Source: the human T2T-CHM13v2.0 reference genome, Homo sapiens. From it: a DNA stretch of 64,000 nt. Below the pieces are notes generated by a model that worked only from the letters and a program-made list of their open reading frames with translations, was not told the DNA's origin and made no database searches. The translations under genes and the position numbers were made by a program. Position 1 is the first letter of the stretch. Each line of letters begins with the position of its first letter. The DNA lies in NCBI RefSeq assembly GCF_009914755.1, contig NC_060940.1. One strand, 5' to 3'. Shown one piece after another: positions 54,301 to 64,000 of this stretch.

Positions 54301-55700
54301 TTTTTTTTTTTCCTTCATGTTTTAAGTTCAGGGGTACATGTGCAGGATGTACAGATTTGTTACATAGGTAAATAGGTACCATGGCAGTTTGCTGCACAGG
54401 TCATCCCATCACCTAGGTATTAAATCTGGTGTTCATTAGGTATTCTTTCTGATGCTCTCTTTCCTTCCCCTCAGCAGATCCCCACGCCCATTGTTCTCTC
54501 CCATGTGCCCATGTGTTCTCATCATTCACCTACTACTTATAAGTAAGAACATGTGGTGTTTGGTTTTCTGTTCCTGCGTTAGTTACCTTCCAACTCCATC
54601 TATGTCTCTGCAGAAGATATGACCTTATTCTTTTTTATGGCTGCATAGTATTCCATGGTGTATATGTACGACTTTTTTTTTTATCCAGTCTTTGTCATTG
54701 ATGGGCATTTAGGTTGAGTCCTTGTCTTTGCTATCGTGAATAGTGCTGCAATTAACTTACATGTGCACATACCTTTATAAAAGAATGATTTCTGTTCCTT
54801 TGGGTATATAGCTAGTAATTGGATTGCTGGGTCAAATGGTATTTCTGCATCTAGGTCTTTGAGGAATTGTTAGACCATCTTCTGCAATGGTTGAACTAAT
54901 TTACACTGCCTCCAACAGTGTAAAAATGTTGCTTTTTCTCCATAACCTTGCCAGCACCTGTTTTTTAATATTTTTATTAGTAACCATTCTGACTGGTGTG
55001 AGATGGTATCTCATTGTGGTTTTGATTTGAATTTCTCTAATGATCAGTGATACTAAGCTTTTTTCCTATGTTTGTTGGCCGCATGTATGTCTTCTTTTGA
55101 GAATTGTCTGTTTATGTCCTTTGCCCACTTTTTCATGGGGTTATGTTTTTCTTGCACATTTGCTTGAGTTCCTTGTACACTCTGGATATTAGACCTTTGT
55201 CAGATGGATAGATTGCGAACATTGTCTGCCATTCTGTGGGTTGTCTGTTCACTCTGGTAGTTTTTTTCTGCACAGAAGCTCTTTAGTTTAATTAGATCCC
55301 ATTTATCAATTTTCGCTTTTGCAGCAATTGCTTTTGGCATTTTCGTTATGAATCTTTGCCCGTACCTGTGTCCTGAATGGTATTGCCTAGGTTTTTTTTT
55401 TCTAGTGTTTTTAGAGTTTTGGGTTTTACATTTAACTCTTTAATCTTTCTTGAGTTAATTTTTGTGTATTGTGTAAGGAAGAGGTCCAGTTTAAATTTTC
55501 TGTGTATGGCCAGACAGTTGTCCCAGCACCATTTATTAAATAGAGAATCCTTTCCCCATTGCTTGTTTTTGTCAGGTTTCTCAAAGATCAGATGGATGGG
55601 GGTGTGCAGTCTTATTTCTGAGTTCTGTGTTCTGTTCCGTTGGTCGTTGTGTCTGTTTTTGCACCAGTGCCATGCTGTTTTGGTTATTGTAGCCTTGTAG
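54301..55700 (-). mobile_element. 5'-truncated L1PA (PA11-13-like), 1.4 kb, inserted in L2
   Basis: Antisense 3'UTR plus ORF2 tail; TSD AATCTTCTT. Confidence 0.92.
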
Positions 55701-56310
55701 GTAATCTTCTTAAATCATACATTTTATCAGGACACTATCACTTACGACCCTTCATTGGTTTCTCATTCTACAAAGAGAAAATTTCAGAGATCTCACCAGA
55801 ACGTTCCAGGCCTTGCTTCTCTGACACAGACCCATGTACCTCCTTCCTGACCCCCATACACAACTCACACTGGTCTTTTATCAGATCCTCAAACAAGTAA
55901 GGCTCTTTCATATTTTAGAGACTTTGTACCTCTTCCTTACCCCTCTTGGGATAATCTCAGTCCCACTTGTGTATGGCTATTCCTTCTGATTCTTTATATC
56001 TCACTTTAAATGTCATTATCTTAAAAAGGCAAATCTCAACCTGCCATGGACAGTAGATGCTTCTTCCTCAGGTGTTACTGATAAAATAATGCATCAATGC
56101 ATCTCTGTAAAATGAACCTGTGCATCTGCTTCAGGCCATATTTCTGTCCCTCAACAAGCACATCACAGTTGTAATCTGTGTCCATTCATATTTCTGTACC
56201 ACTAAAATATAGGTATAGTCTTTGTTTTTCATTCGTGTATCAGACTTGTTGCCTAGCCCAGAGCTGCTTACACGGTGGCCCATCCAATAAATATTTGTTG
56301 AAGACTGAGG
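55701..56310 (+). mobile_element. L2 fragments
   Basis: CCCTTCATTGGTTTCTCATT, CACTTTAAATGTCA, CAATAAATATTTGTTGAA tail. Confidence 0.65.
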
Positions 56311-57229
56311 ACTTGGGAAGGGTGTGTGCATGTTTTCAGTCTGTGTGATAGCTTCACCTCCTATTACGTGAATTGGCCCGAAGATCCCCAATTCCGTGTC
56401 ATCAAGAAACATGGACACATCACAGACTCACTCAACATGGACACATCAAGGCTCACTTAACGCAGGGTGGCTTCCCAACAGCAAGCTGTATTGCTGATAA
56501 GCAGGCCTTTTCCAGTAAGAACATGGACAAGGACAAACAAGAGACTGCACTGTGTTCTATAAGAAGACACCTGGGTCATAATGAGGGAGAGAAAAATAAG
56601 ACCACAGCAAATGAAACAAAATGTGTAACGTACCAGACAGGGGAGGAATCAAGGGAGCTGTTCGGGGAGCTGCTGCAATGCGAGATTGGAGCTACAAATG
56701 TGGAAACGCACGAAGACCTTTGCCCCTATGAATCATGTATTGGGAAAACAGTTGAGCGTCTACAGACGTCAAATAACCAATAAAATTTCATGAATGGTAA
56801 CGTTCGCCAGTATCCAGGAGAATAAGGCTGAGCTCTCAACATGATCTGCTAACAAAATTAGGTCATTTGTCTTTGATAGGAGATGGCCACTTTCTTATTT
56901 TTTATTTATTCATTTGTAAGCAGCTGCTTTAATAAGCCTACAGGATCTTGGATGGCATGCTCATAAGTTCTAGTAAAGCCTGGAAGAAAATTACAAAGGG
57001 AAAGACTGCCTCTAAATTACCCTAGGAAACAAAAAAAAAAAGAGGTGATGGCTACAGTTTTACCATGTCTTTGGGGGCAAAGTGATTTCCTTCTTTCTGT
57101 GTTCTTGTTGGGGAAAAGGGGAAGGTGTTAAATCCCACAGCTGCAAAATAGATTCATTTCTGCCTCTCTTGTAAAGTGAAGCATCTTTCCTTCCCAGAGA
57201 ACTTTATCTTGCCTCAGTCAACCCTGCTC

Positions 57230-57770
57230 AGAGATGGTTCATCCACTCCTGTCTTGCGGCCATTAAACATAGCAACTCAAGCCCTCACTTCCAGGGACTT
57301 AATATTGGTCATTTAATACTGCATAACAACATTTCATGATATACAACATGTATCTCTCATGCCTTTCTAGGCTGGCTGGGGTTTGGCTGGCCCAGACTGT
57401 GCTCATTTGGACAGCTCTGCTTCATGCTATGGGTCCAGCCAGACCTGTGTCCTCACAACTGCAAGGGGGTCTTCAATCTGCCCTATGTGTGCACATTCTG
57501 GGGCCGGGTCTAGGGGAAGCAGCCGTCTAGACTGCTTGGTGCTCTGTCATCATCTTCACAGCAATGGGGAGCCACAGGGGGTGGGCTGGAATCCTTACCA
57601 CTGTGGCCCACGTTTTATTGGCCAAAGCATGATACGCAACTGATGGCACAGTCAAGGTGTAGGGAAGTGTGGTCCATGGTCAGTCGCTGAAAAGTTGCAT
57701 GGCAAAGGGAGTGAATACAAGGGACGTGAAGAATGGAAGAATTGTTGCCAGTAATTCAGTCGACCACGGC
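57230..57770 (-). mobile_element. Old MaLR LTR (MLT1H/I-like)
   Basis: TTATTGGCCAAAGCA, GCATGGCAAAGGGAGTGAATACAAGG. Confidence 0.55.
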
Positions 57771-57945
57771 ATAACTACAAGAGGCTGATACGGTTATTTG
57801 ACAGTGATCGTCAGGATTAGAGCACCCATCAACCTGTGAATGCTTACACATTTTTATTCTGTTTTAAAACAGTCACGTGTGGCTTAGAAATTAAATAAAA
57901 TCTGGTAATTTTACTATGAAAAAAATTATTCCCACCAAGACTTCC

Positions 57946-58241
57946 TTTTGGTGGTGGTTGTTGTTGAAATGGAGTCTTGGTCTGTCAGTCAGGCTGGAGA
58001 GTACTGGCACAATCTTGGCTCACTGCAACCTCTGTATCAAGCAATTATCCTGCCTCAGCCTCCCAAATAGCTAAGACTATAGGCACCTGCCACCATGCCC
58101 GGCTAATTTTTTTATTTTTAATAGAGACACGGGGTCTTACCATGTTGGCCAGGCTGGTCTCCAACTCCTGACCTCAAGTGATCCACCCACCTTGGCCTCA
58201 CAAAGTGCTGGGATTTGCAGGTGTGAGTCATTGTGCCCGAT
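57946..58241 (-). mobile_element. AluS with small internal deletion and (TGG/TTG)n tail
   Basis: Antisense dimer; CCAAGACT flanks. Confidence 0.9.
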
Positions 58242-58255
58242 CCAAGACTGTCTAA

Positions 58256-58311
58256 TGCTGTGTTACCCCACAAGGAGGCTGATCACAGCCTCCTTGTGGG
58301 GTGATACAGCA
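58256..58311. repeat. Near-perfect inverted repeat (26-bp arms, 4-nt loop)
   Basis: TGCTGTGTTACCCCACAAGGAGGCTG-ATCA-CAGCCTCCTTGTGGGGTGATACAGCA. Confidence 0.95.
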
Positions 58312-58329
58312 AGTGGCGACACCATGGTG

Positions 58330-58585
58330 AGCTCGGGCCCATGACCATTCAAAGGGAGTCACTTCACAGCTGCAGCTGATTGTGACCATGTGGGAAGGTG
58401 GGCATAGTATGGCCAGGCTTTCTCATTTCTCCAGAGAAGTTTGGCATCTGCATTTTTTATGAGTGAAATTTATAGTTTTTGAATGTTAGTCGCTAATACA
58501 AAGTTTTATGAAAAGGCTTTGCGTGCCAAACAAACACTTCTGTTGACCACACATGGCCAGCAGGCACCCGATTGCCAGCCCACCT
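58330..58585. mobile_element. MER102-like hAT-Charlie fragment
   Basis: GGCCAGGCTTTCTCATTTCTCCAGAGAAG...CCAAACAAACACTTCTG. Confidence 0.5.
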
Positions 58586-59496
58586 TAGACTGAAGGCACT
58601 ATTTGCTATTTTCGACATTATTGGTCAAATCTAAATAGCTAGATGGATATATAGAAAAAGAAAAGAAGAGATAGAAAAAAAGGTGATAGAACCAAAGAAA
58701 GAATGAAAGAGAAGGTGTATGTGTATGTGTGTAGAGAGAGATGATGGAAGGAAGGAAAGGAGGGAGGGAAAAAAGCAACCTAGGTAGATAGCTGGGCAGA
58801 TGGATGGAATGAGAGATAATAGATGGATAATCTTTAACGTTCAGTAACATATGACAAGTCACATTGCCAAGTAGAAGAAACTCAGCAGGCAGCATTTAAA
58901 GAGAAAGTTTCACACTCATGGAGGAGCAGGCCAATGATTAGTGTCAGGGATAATGACCCAAATTCACTGATTGTATTTCCTCAGGTGTCAAAGAGGAACA
59001 GAAAACGATAGTGTTGCAAAGAAAAAGACCAGAGAATGTCTCACCCTGGGTAATTCTACCTTGCTTCATGCACGCTTAACTAGCAACTTGCCTGTCCTGA
59101 TTCCAAAGCACGTTTAGGTAGTCCCACCATTGGCCAGGCTTACGTGTCCCTGAACCTGCAGATTTAGGAAAAAGTAAACAGCTGTCCTCAAGAGTGCATG
59201 AGACGCTCCACATTTCTCCTTTGTGATTTATATATAATCATCCCCAGAGAGTGAAACAAAGGAACCAAGTAACTTGCTGAACACTCTTGAATGTAGAGGA
59301 AAAATTATCCACCTATCAGAGAGTGTGTTGACAGTAGTGAGCTTTTAATACTGAGGAAGTCTTTCCGTGGCACCTAAAAGTTAGCTCCTGCAATATTCTG
59401 CTCATTGGCAAAAATCGTGTTCATTTTTAAGAGAAATAGATTATGACAAAAGTAGAAAAAATATAGTCTTATACTTTAGATAGAACTGAAAGGCCT

Positions 59497-59809
59497 GGCT
59501 GGGTGTGCTGGCTCACACCTGTAATACTAACACTTGGGAGGCTGAGGCTGGTAGATCACTTGAGGCCAGGGGTTCGAGACCAGCCTTGCCAATATGGCAA
59601 AACCCTATCTCTACTAAACAATACAAAAATTAGCTGGGTATGGTGCTGCATGCCTGTAGTCCCAGCTACTCCACAGGCTGAGACAGGAGAATTGCTTGAA
59701 TGCAGGAGGCGGAGGTTTCAGTGAGCTGAGATTGTACCACTGTACTGCAGCCTGGGCAAGAAAGCAAGACTCCATCTCAAAAAAACAAAACAAAATAAAA
59801 CAAAAAAAA
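59497..59809 (+). mobile_element. Alu (Sz/Jb-like)
   Basis: AACTGAAA flanks. Confidence 0.92.
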
Positions 59810-60819
59810 CTGAAAAGTCCATCTGCCATGACTGTCTACATCGCCTACATCCCACATATCCCTAAGACCCAGTACAAATGCCATCTCCTCCAAGAAGCCA
59901 CCTTGATTTCTACCCACTGAAAATCCTCTCTCCCTCTTTTCTTTGTCCGTTGTGCCTTATTTTTCTTCCTACCCTGCCACTTAACTCTCCCTGATTTACA
60001 ATTATTTGTGTGTGTATATCTCCCAGTTGACTAGGAAGATGACTTGGATTAGAAAGCTGGAGACTTTGTCTTTGAATCTTGCAATACTGTTGATTTTGGT
60101 AGATGAACAAAAGTGACAAGTGACATCTTTTTTCTCAAAGAAATACACCATGTACTCCTTTGTGCATAGATACCTTCTTAACTGAGTCGATTGACATGGA
60201 CTCTTAAGTATTTAGCTTCTTGGATTCTAAAGTAAACTTACAAGTTCCTGCACCCTAGGGTTCCTTTCCCTTTATCATTTAGTCCTTCATTCAGTGAATT
60301 CAGTTGTTCCTCAAATGAAGCAGAAATGATTCCTCTTTTGGGGCGTAAAGTGTAGTGTGAAGCTTTAAAAAATAAAAGTAAATAAATAATTGCATACTTA
60401 CAAATATTGACAGGTACGATGAAAGAATAAACTACGTTGTTCTACAAAATAAAATTAAGGTGAGTGTAGTTGGGAGAGAACCCTACTTAGGTAGGTTGGT
60501 CCTGGAGGGCTTCTCTGAGGAGGTGATGTTCAAGCTGAGGGGTAAAGGATGACAAATGAGGTTTGAGTTGAGAGCTTATCAGGAGACTGATTGCCTAAGG
60601 TACAATAAGAGAAGAGATGGGAGAGGAAGTTGGAGGAAGAAACAAGGCCAGATCTATACCCACACAGCTAAGATTATATCCCTACTGGCCTTAACAAATT
60701 AAAGCACTTCTTCCCATGCCTTCCACAGATGACTCCTAATGTCATTCTTTTGCAATATTTCTACCTTCTTTCATTTTAACTTCCGTTACATATAGCTATG
60801 CAGAAAAAAAATCAATTTG

Positions 60820-61588
60820 TTGGCTAAAATAAAGAATAGTGACAATACCAAATGCTGTCAAAGATCACTCAAATATTGCTGGTGGGAATGTCAAATGACT
60901 TAATCACTTTGGAAAATCATCTCTCATTTTCTTGTAGAACTAAGCATGCACCTCCCATATAATTGAGCAATTGCACACTTGGGCATTTATCCCAGTAAAA
61001 TGAAAACACATCCACAAAACAACCTGTATGCAAATGTTCACTGCAGCTTTATTTGTAATAATAGCTAAAGACTGTAAATAGCCCGTATGTTTTCAGTGCA
61101 TGAATGGTTACACTGTGATAATCCACACTGTGGAATACTATGTAGCAATAAAAAAGAACAAATTATTGATGATAGACACACAACAACTAGGATGAAACTC
61201 CAGGGTGAGTTTCACTCCCTTGTGGTGAGTGGAAAAAAAGCCCATTTCTAAATCATTTTGTCCAGTCTCAGCAATCATTTTTATGTATCTAAAGGTTACA
61301 TACAAAATGATACCGTGTATGTAGCATTCTTGAGTTTAAAATTCTAGATATAGAGAATCAATGCGTGGTTGCCGGGGTCAGGAGTGAGAGGTGTGGAGTG
61401 ACAGTAGGGTGTGGTCATAGAAGGCGTCTTTTTGTCTGTGGACTATTTTTTGTCCTGGCTGTGATATTTATAGTTTTGTCAGATGTTACCCCTGGAGCAA
61501 TAAGAGGAGAGGTCATGGGCTCTCTGTATATTACTTATTAAATTACATGTGAATCTACAATTATCTCAAAAAGTTTAATTTTTAAAAT
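60820..61588 (+). mobile_element. L1MD-like 3' end
   Basis: TTGCTGGTGGGAATG, GGAATACTATGTAGCAATAAAAAAGAAC, CATGTGAATCTACAATTATCTCAAAA. Confidence 0.8.
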
Positions 61589-62017
61589 TCCTTCATATAA
61601 CAACTTAGAGTTTGAAAGATATTCACAACATATTTTACATATTAAATTTTTATTTAAATATTTGTGTTCTCCTCTGCCAAATTGTAAGAGCTTTCCCCTA
61701 AGAGATCTTGTCTTAATTATCTTTACATGCCTCCTCTCAAGCCTCCTGTTGTCAGGGAAAGAACAAGGCTCTAGGGTCGAGAAGACATGGGTGAGATAAC
61801 AATTTCAATGCCAGGCAAAGGACTTTGGCAAATTCAGAGCATGATTTGATAAAGACTGGAACTCACAGGCAGAAGGACTGGCAGGTGGCACCCGGACCCT
61901 TAACTCCTTCCTCTGGGCATCAAGGCGCAGACATGGATGATGCCCTGTGTGCTTGCATTCTAGAACAGGGACACCACTATCCTTTAGCTGTATTTTTTTG
62001 GGGGTTGGAGAGTACGG

Positions 62018-62590
62018 TGTATTAGTTTCCATTGGGTTTTTTTTTTTTTTTCTTTTTTTGAGATGGAGGTTCGTCGCCCAGGCTGGAGTCCAGTGGTGTG
62101 ATCTCGGCTCACTGCAAGCTCCATCTCCCGGGTTCATGCCATTCTCCTGACTCAGTCTCTTGAGTAGCTGAGACTACAGGCACCTGCCACCACGTAACTA
62201 CCACAGATGTGGTGGCTTAAAATGATATAAATTTATTATCTAACAGTTCTGGTGATCCGATGTCTGAAATCAGTGTCACTGGCCTGCAACCAAGGTTTTG
62301 ATAGGGCTCTGCTTTCTCTGGAGTCTATTCTTCTAGCTTGTAGTGGCTACATGACTGCAGTCTCTGCCTCTGTGTTCTCGCTGTCTTCCGTTCTGTGTGT
62401 GCCTCTGCGTCTTTCTTTTAAGGATGCTTGAGGTTGCGTGTAGGGCCCTCTGGATAATCCAGGTTGATCACCCATTTTGTGAGCATCAGTTCAGTCACAT
62501 CAGCAAGGAAACTATTTCCTTACAAAGTTTATAAGTTTCAGGGATTTTTGACCTGAGATATCTGAGTGGCTATTATCTGGCTTATTAGGG
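62018..62590 (-). mobile_element. MLT1C/D-like LTR split by a truncated AluY
   Basis: TGTATTAGTTTCC...GGTGGCTTAAAA..AAATTTATTATCTAACAGTTCTGG...GGATAATCCAGG. Confidence 0.8.
62037..62194 (-). mobile_element. 5'-truncated AluY (right arm)
   Basis: CTGCAAGCTCC, TTCATGCCATTCTCC; no TSD seen. Confidence 0.9.
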
Positions 62591-62651
62591 TAAGTGTGAG
62601 AACAGTCTTACAAGTAGGGAACAATTCCTTGTGTCTCAGAAATTAACTTTG

Positions 62652-63058
62652 GCGAGATACATGGTGGCAACTAGCTGTCCAGGAAAGGTGCATGCTGGAA
62701 ACTAGCTGTCCAGATGAGATGCATGCTGGGAACTAGCTGTCTGGGAGAGGTACATGCTGGGAACTAGCTGTCCAGGTAAGGTGCTTGCCTAGGTGAGGTG
62801 CATGCCAGGAAATAGCTGTGCCAGCGAGGCGCGGGCTGGGAACTAGCTGTCTAGGTGAGATGCATGCTGGGAACTAGCTGTCTGGGAGAGGTACATGCTG
62901 GGAACTAGCTGTCCAGGTGAGATGGATACTGGAAACTGCTTTCCAGGTGAGGTGCATGCTGGGAACTGCTGTCCAGGTGAGGTGCATGCTGGGAACTAGC
63001 TGTCCACACAAGGTGCATGCTGGGAACTAGCTGTCCATGCAAGGAGGATGCTGGGACT
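62652..63058. repeat. 31-bp minisatellite, about 13 copies
   Basis: Consensus GGGAACTAGCTGTCCAGGTGAGGTGCATGCT. Confidence 0.93.
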
Positions 63059-63219
63059 GTGTTGATGACATCAAGAGACCATGTGAGCCCAGCACCCTAT
63101 GGATGGACAATCTCACTGGCAGAATTGGAACAGCTGGTCCCAGCTGGCTTATTGCCAGGCAACCCAGAGACAGCCTCTGGTGTTACCCTTCACACAGTTC
63201 TATCCCTCCCTCCATATAT

Positions 63220-63397
63220 ACTACCTAATGATTGTGCGAACTTGGGAAAGCTGCTTAACTTCTCTGAGCCTGAGTTTCCTCCTTTGTAAAAGGAGACTAA
63301 TACTGGTGTTTACCCTTAGGGCTTTTGTGAGCATTAATGATAGTATGTATAAGGTTTGTAGTAAGTGCCATATAAATGTTGGCTGTAATTATTATAT
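63220..63397 (+). mobile_element. MIR
   Basis: CTTAACTTCTCTGAGCCTGAGTTTCCTCCTTTGTAAAA core. Confidence 0.8.
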
Positions 63398-64000
63398 TCT
63401 TGTTTTTGATATTGTTTCTATGAGGATGGTGGTGGTAGTGGTGGTGGCATACCTCTGTGCATTGTAGCATACCTTAAGGGTTGGCTGCATAACGTTGAAT
63501 TTTAGTTCGCAGAGTTACTGATAGTGCCTGCCCCCAGCCATTGGGCTTCCTGGTTTAAAAGGCAAATCATCCTGATGGAGGATGGTGCCTACAGTGTGGT
63601 GCTCGAGGACAATCCCTGTCTGCTTGGGACTCTGACAGTGGTAGATGCTTTCAGAATTTGGGTTATGAGTGATTGAGGGAGGTTAGCAAACGGATTCCTA
63701 CCTCCTTGTACTGTATGAAGCAGTTTGATGGGATTAATTTGCATGGCCCATAGTAAATGCTCTCAGCCTGTATGGAGGCTAATTTGTGAACCTGTAGCAA
63801 TTTATCACCCTGGTTGGATTCGTTTACCAGTAGACAATGTGATTGCGATAATGCGCCTCACTGTGCGTGGAGAGGAGCTGCACTCTGACCTCACTTGAAG
63901 AAACCACCGAGGGGTAATTTCCTCCCCAACGGATGACTGACATTACAGTGTGGTGACAAATGATGAGTATGGTAAATGGTTAATATAGCCAGGGGCAGGA

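Noticed and set aside
55377-55700. 107-aa ORF
   Set aside because: Antisense frame of L1 ORF2 sequence
58599-58895. Hydrophobic 98-aa ORF resembling a membrane peptide
   Set aside because: Antisense of a purine-rich low-complexity tract
62652-63058. CRISPR-like array of ~31-bp repeats
   Set aside because: Head-to-tail units with no unique spacers; it is a minisatellite

Overview
This is primate (very likely human) non-coding genomic DNA, not a microbial locus. It is a dense mosaic of transposon fossils: about 35 Alu copies (J, S and Y subfamilies, one FLAM, two 5'-truncated), several truncated L1s, many L2/MIR remnants, about 17 solo LTRs (THE1, MLT1, MLT2A, MER41B, MER57A, MER39-like, LTR26-like) and hAT/Mariner relics (MER45A, MER81, MER5, MER20, MADE1). 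LTRs lie in both orientations, which fits intergenic or large-intron/lncRNA sequence. No protein-coding exon, tRNA, rRNA or CRISPR array is supported, and I cannot name the locus. Most listed ORFs are Alu/L1/LTR or low-complexity translations. Repeat subfamily names come from my recall of consensus sequences and need RepeatMasker/Dfam confirmation. I see no convincing new multi-gene system. The best leads are: (i) several templated-insertion or fold-back scars, including a 56-nt near-perfect hairpin, an inverted duplication inside an LTR, and an L1 patch apparently copied from a neighbouring L1 about 3.9 kb away; (ii) a MER41B LTR with one intact STAT GAS site; (iii) two motif-dense candidate enhancers and a CpG-retaining patch; (iv) a four-element nested transposon stack; (v) a 31-bp minisatellite rich in TGCATG.
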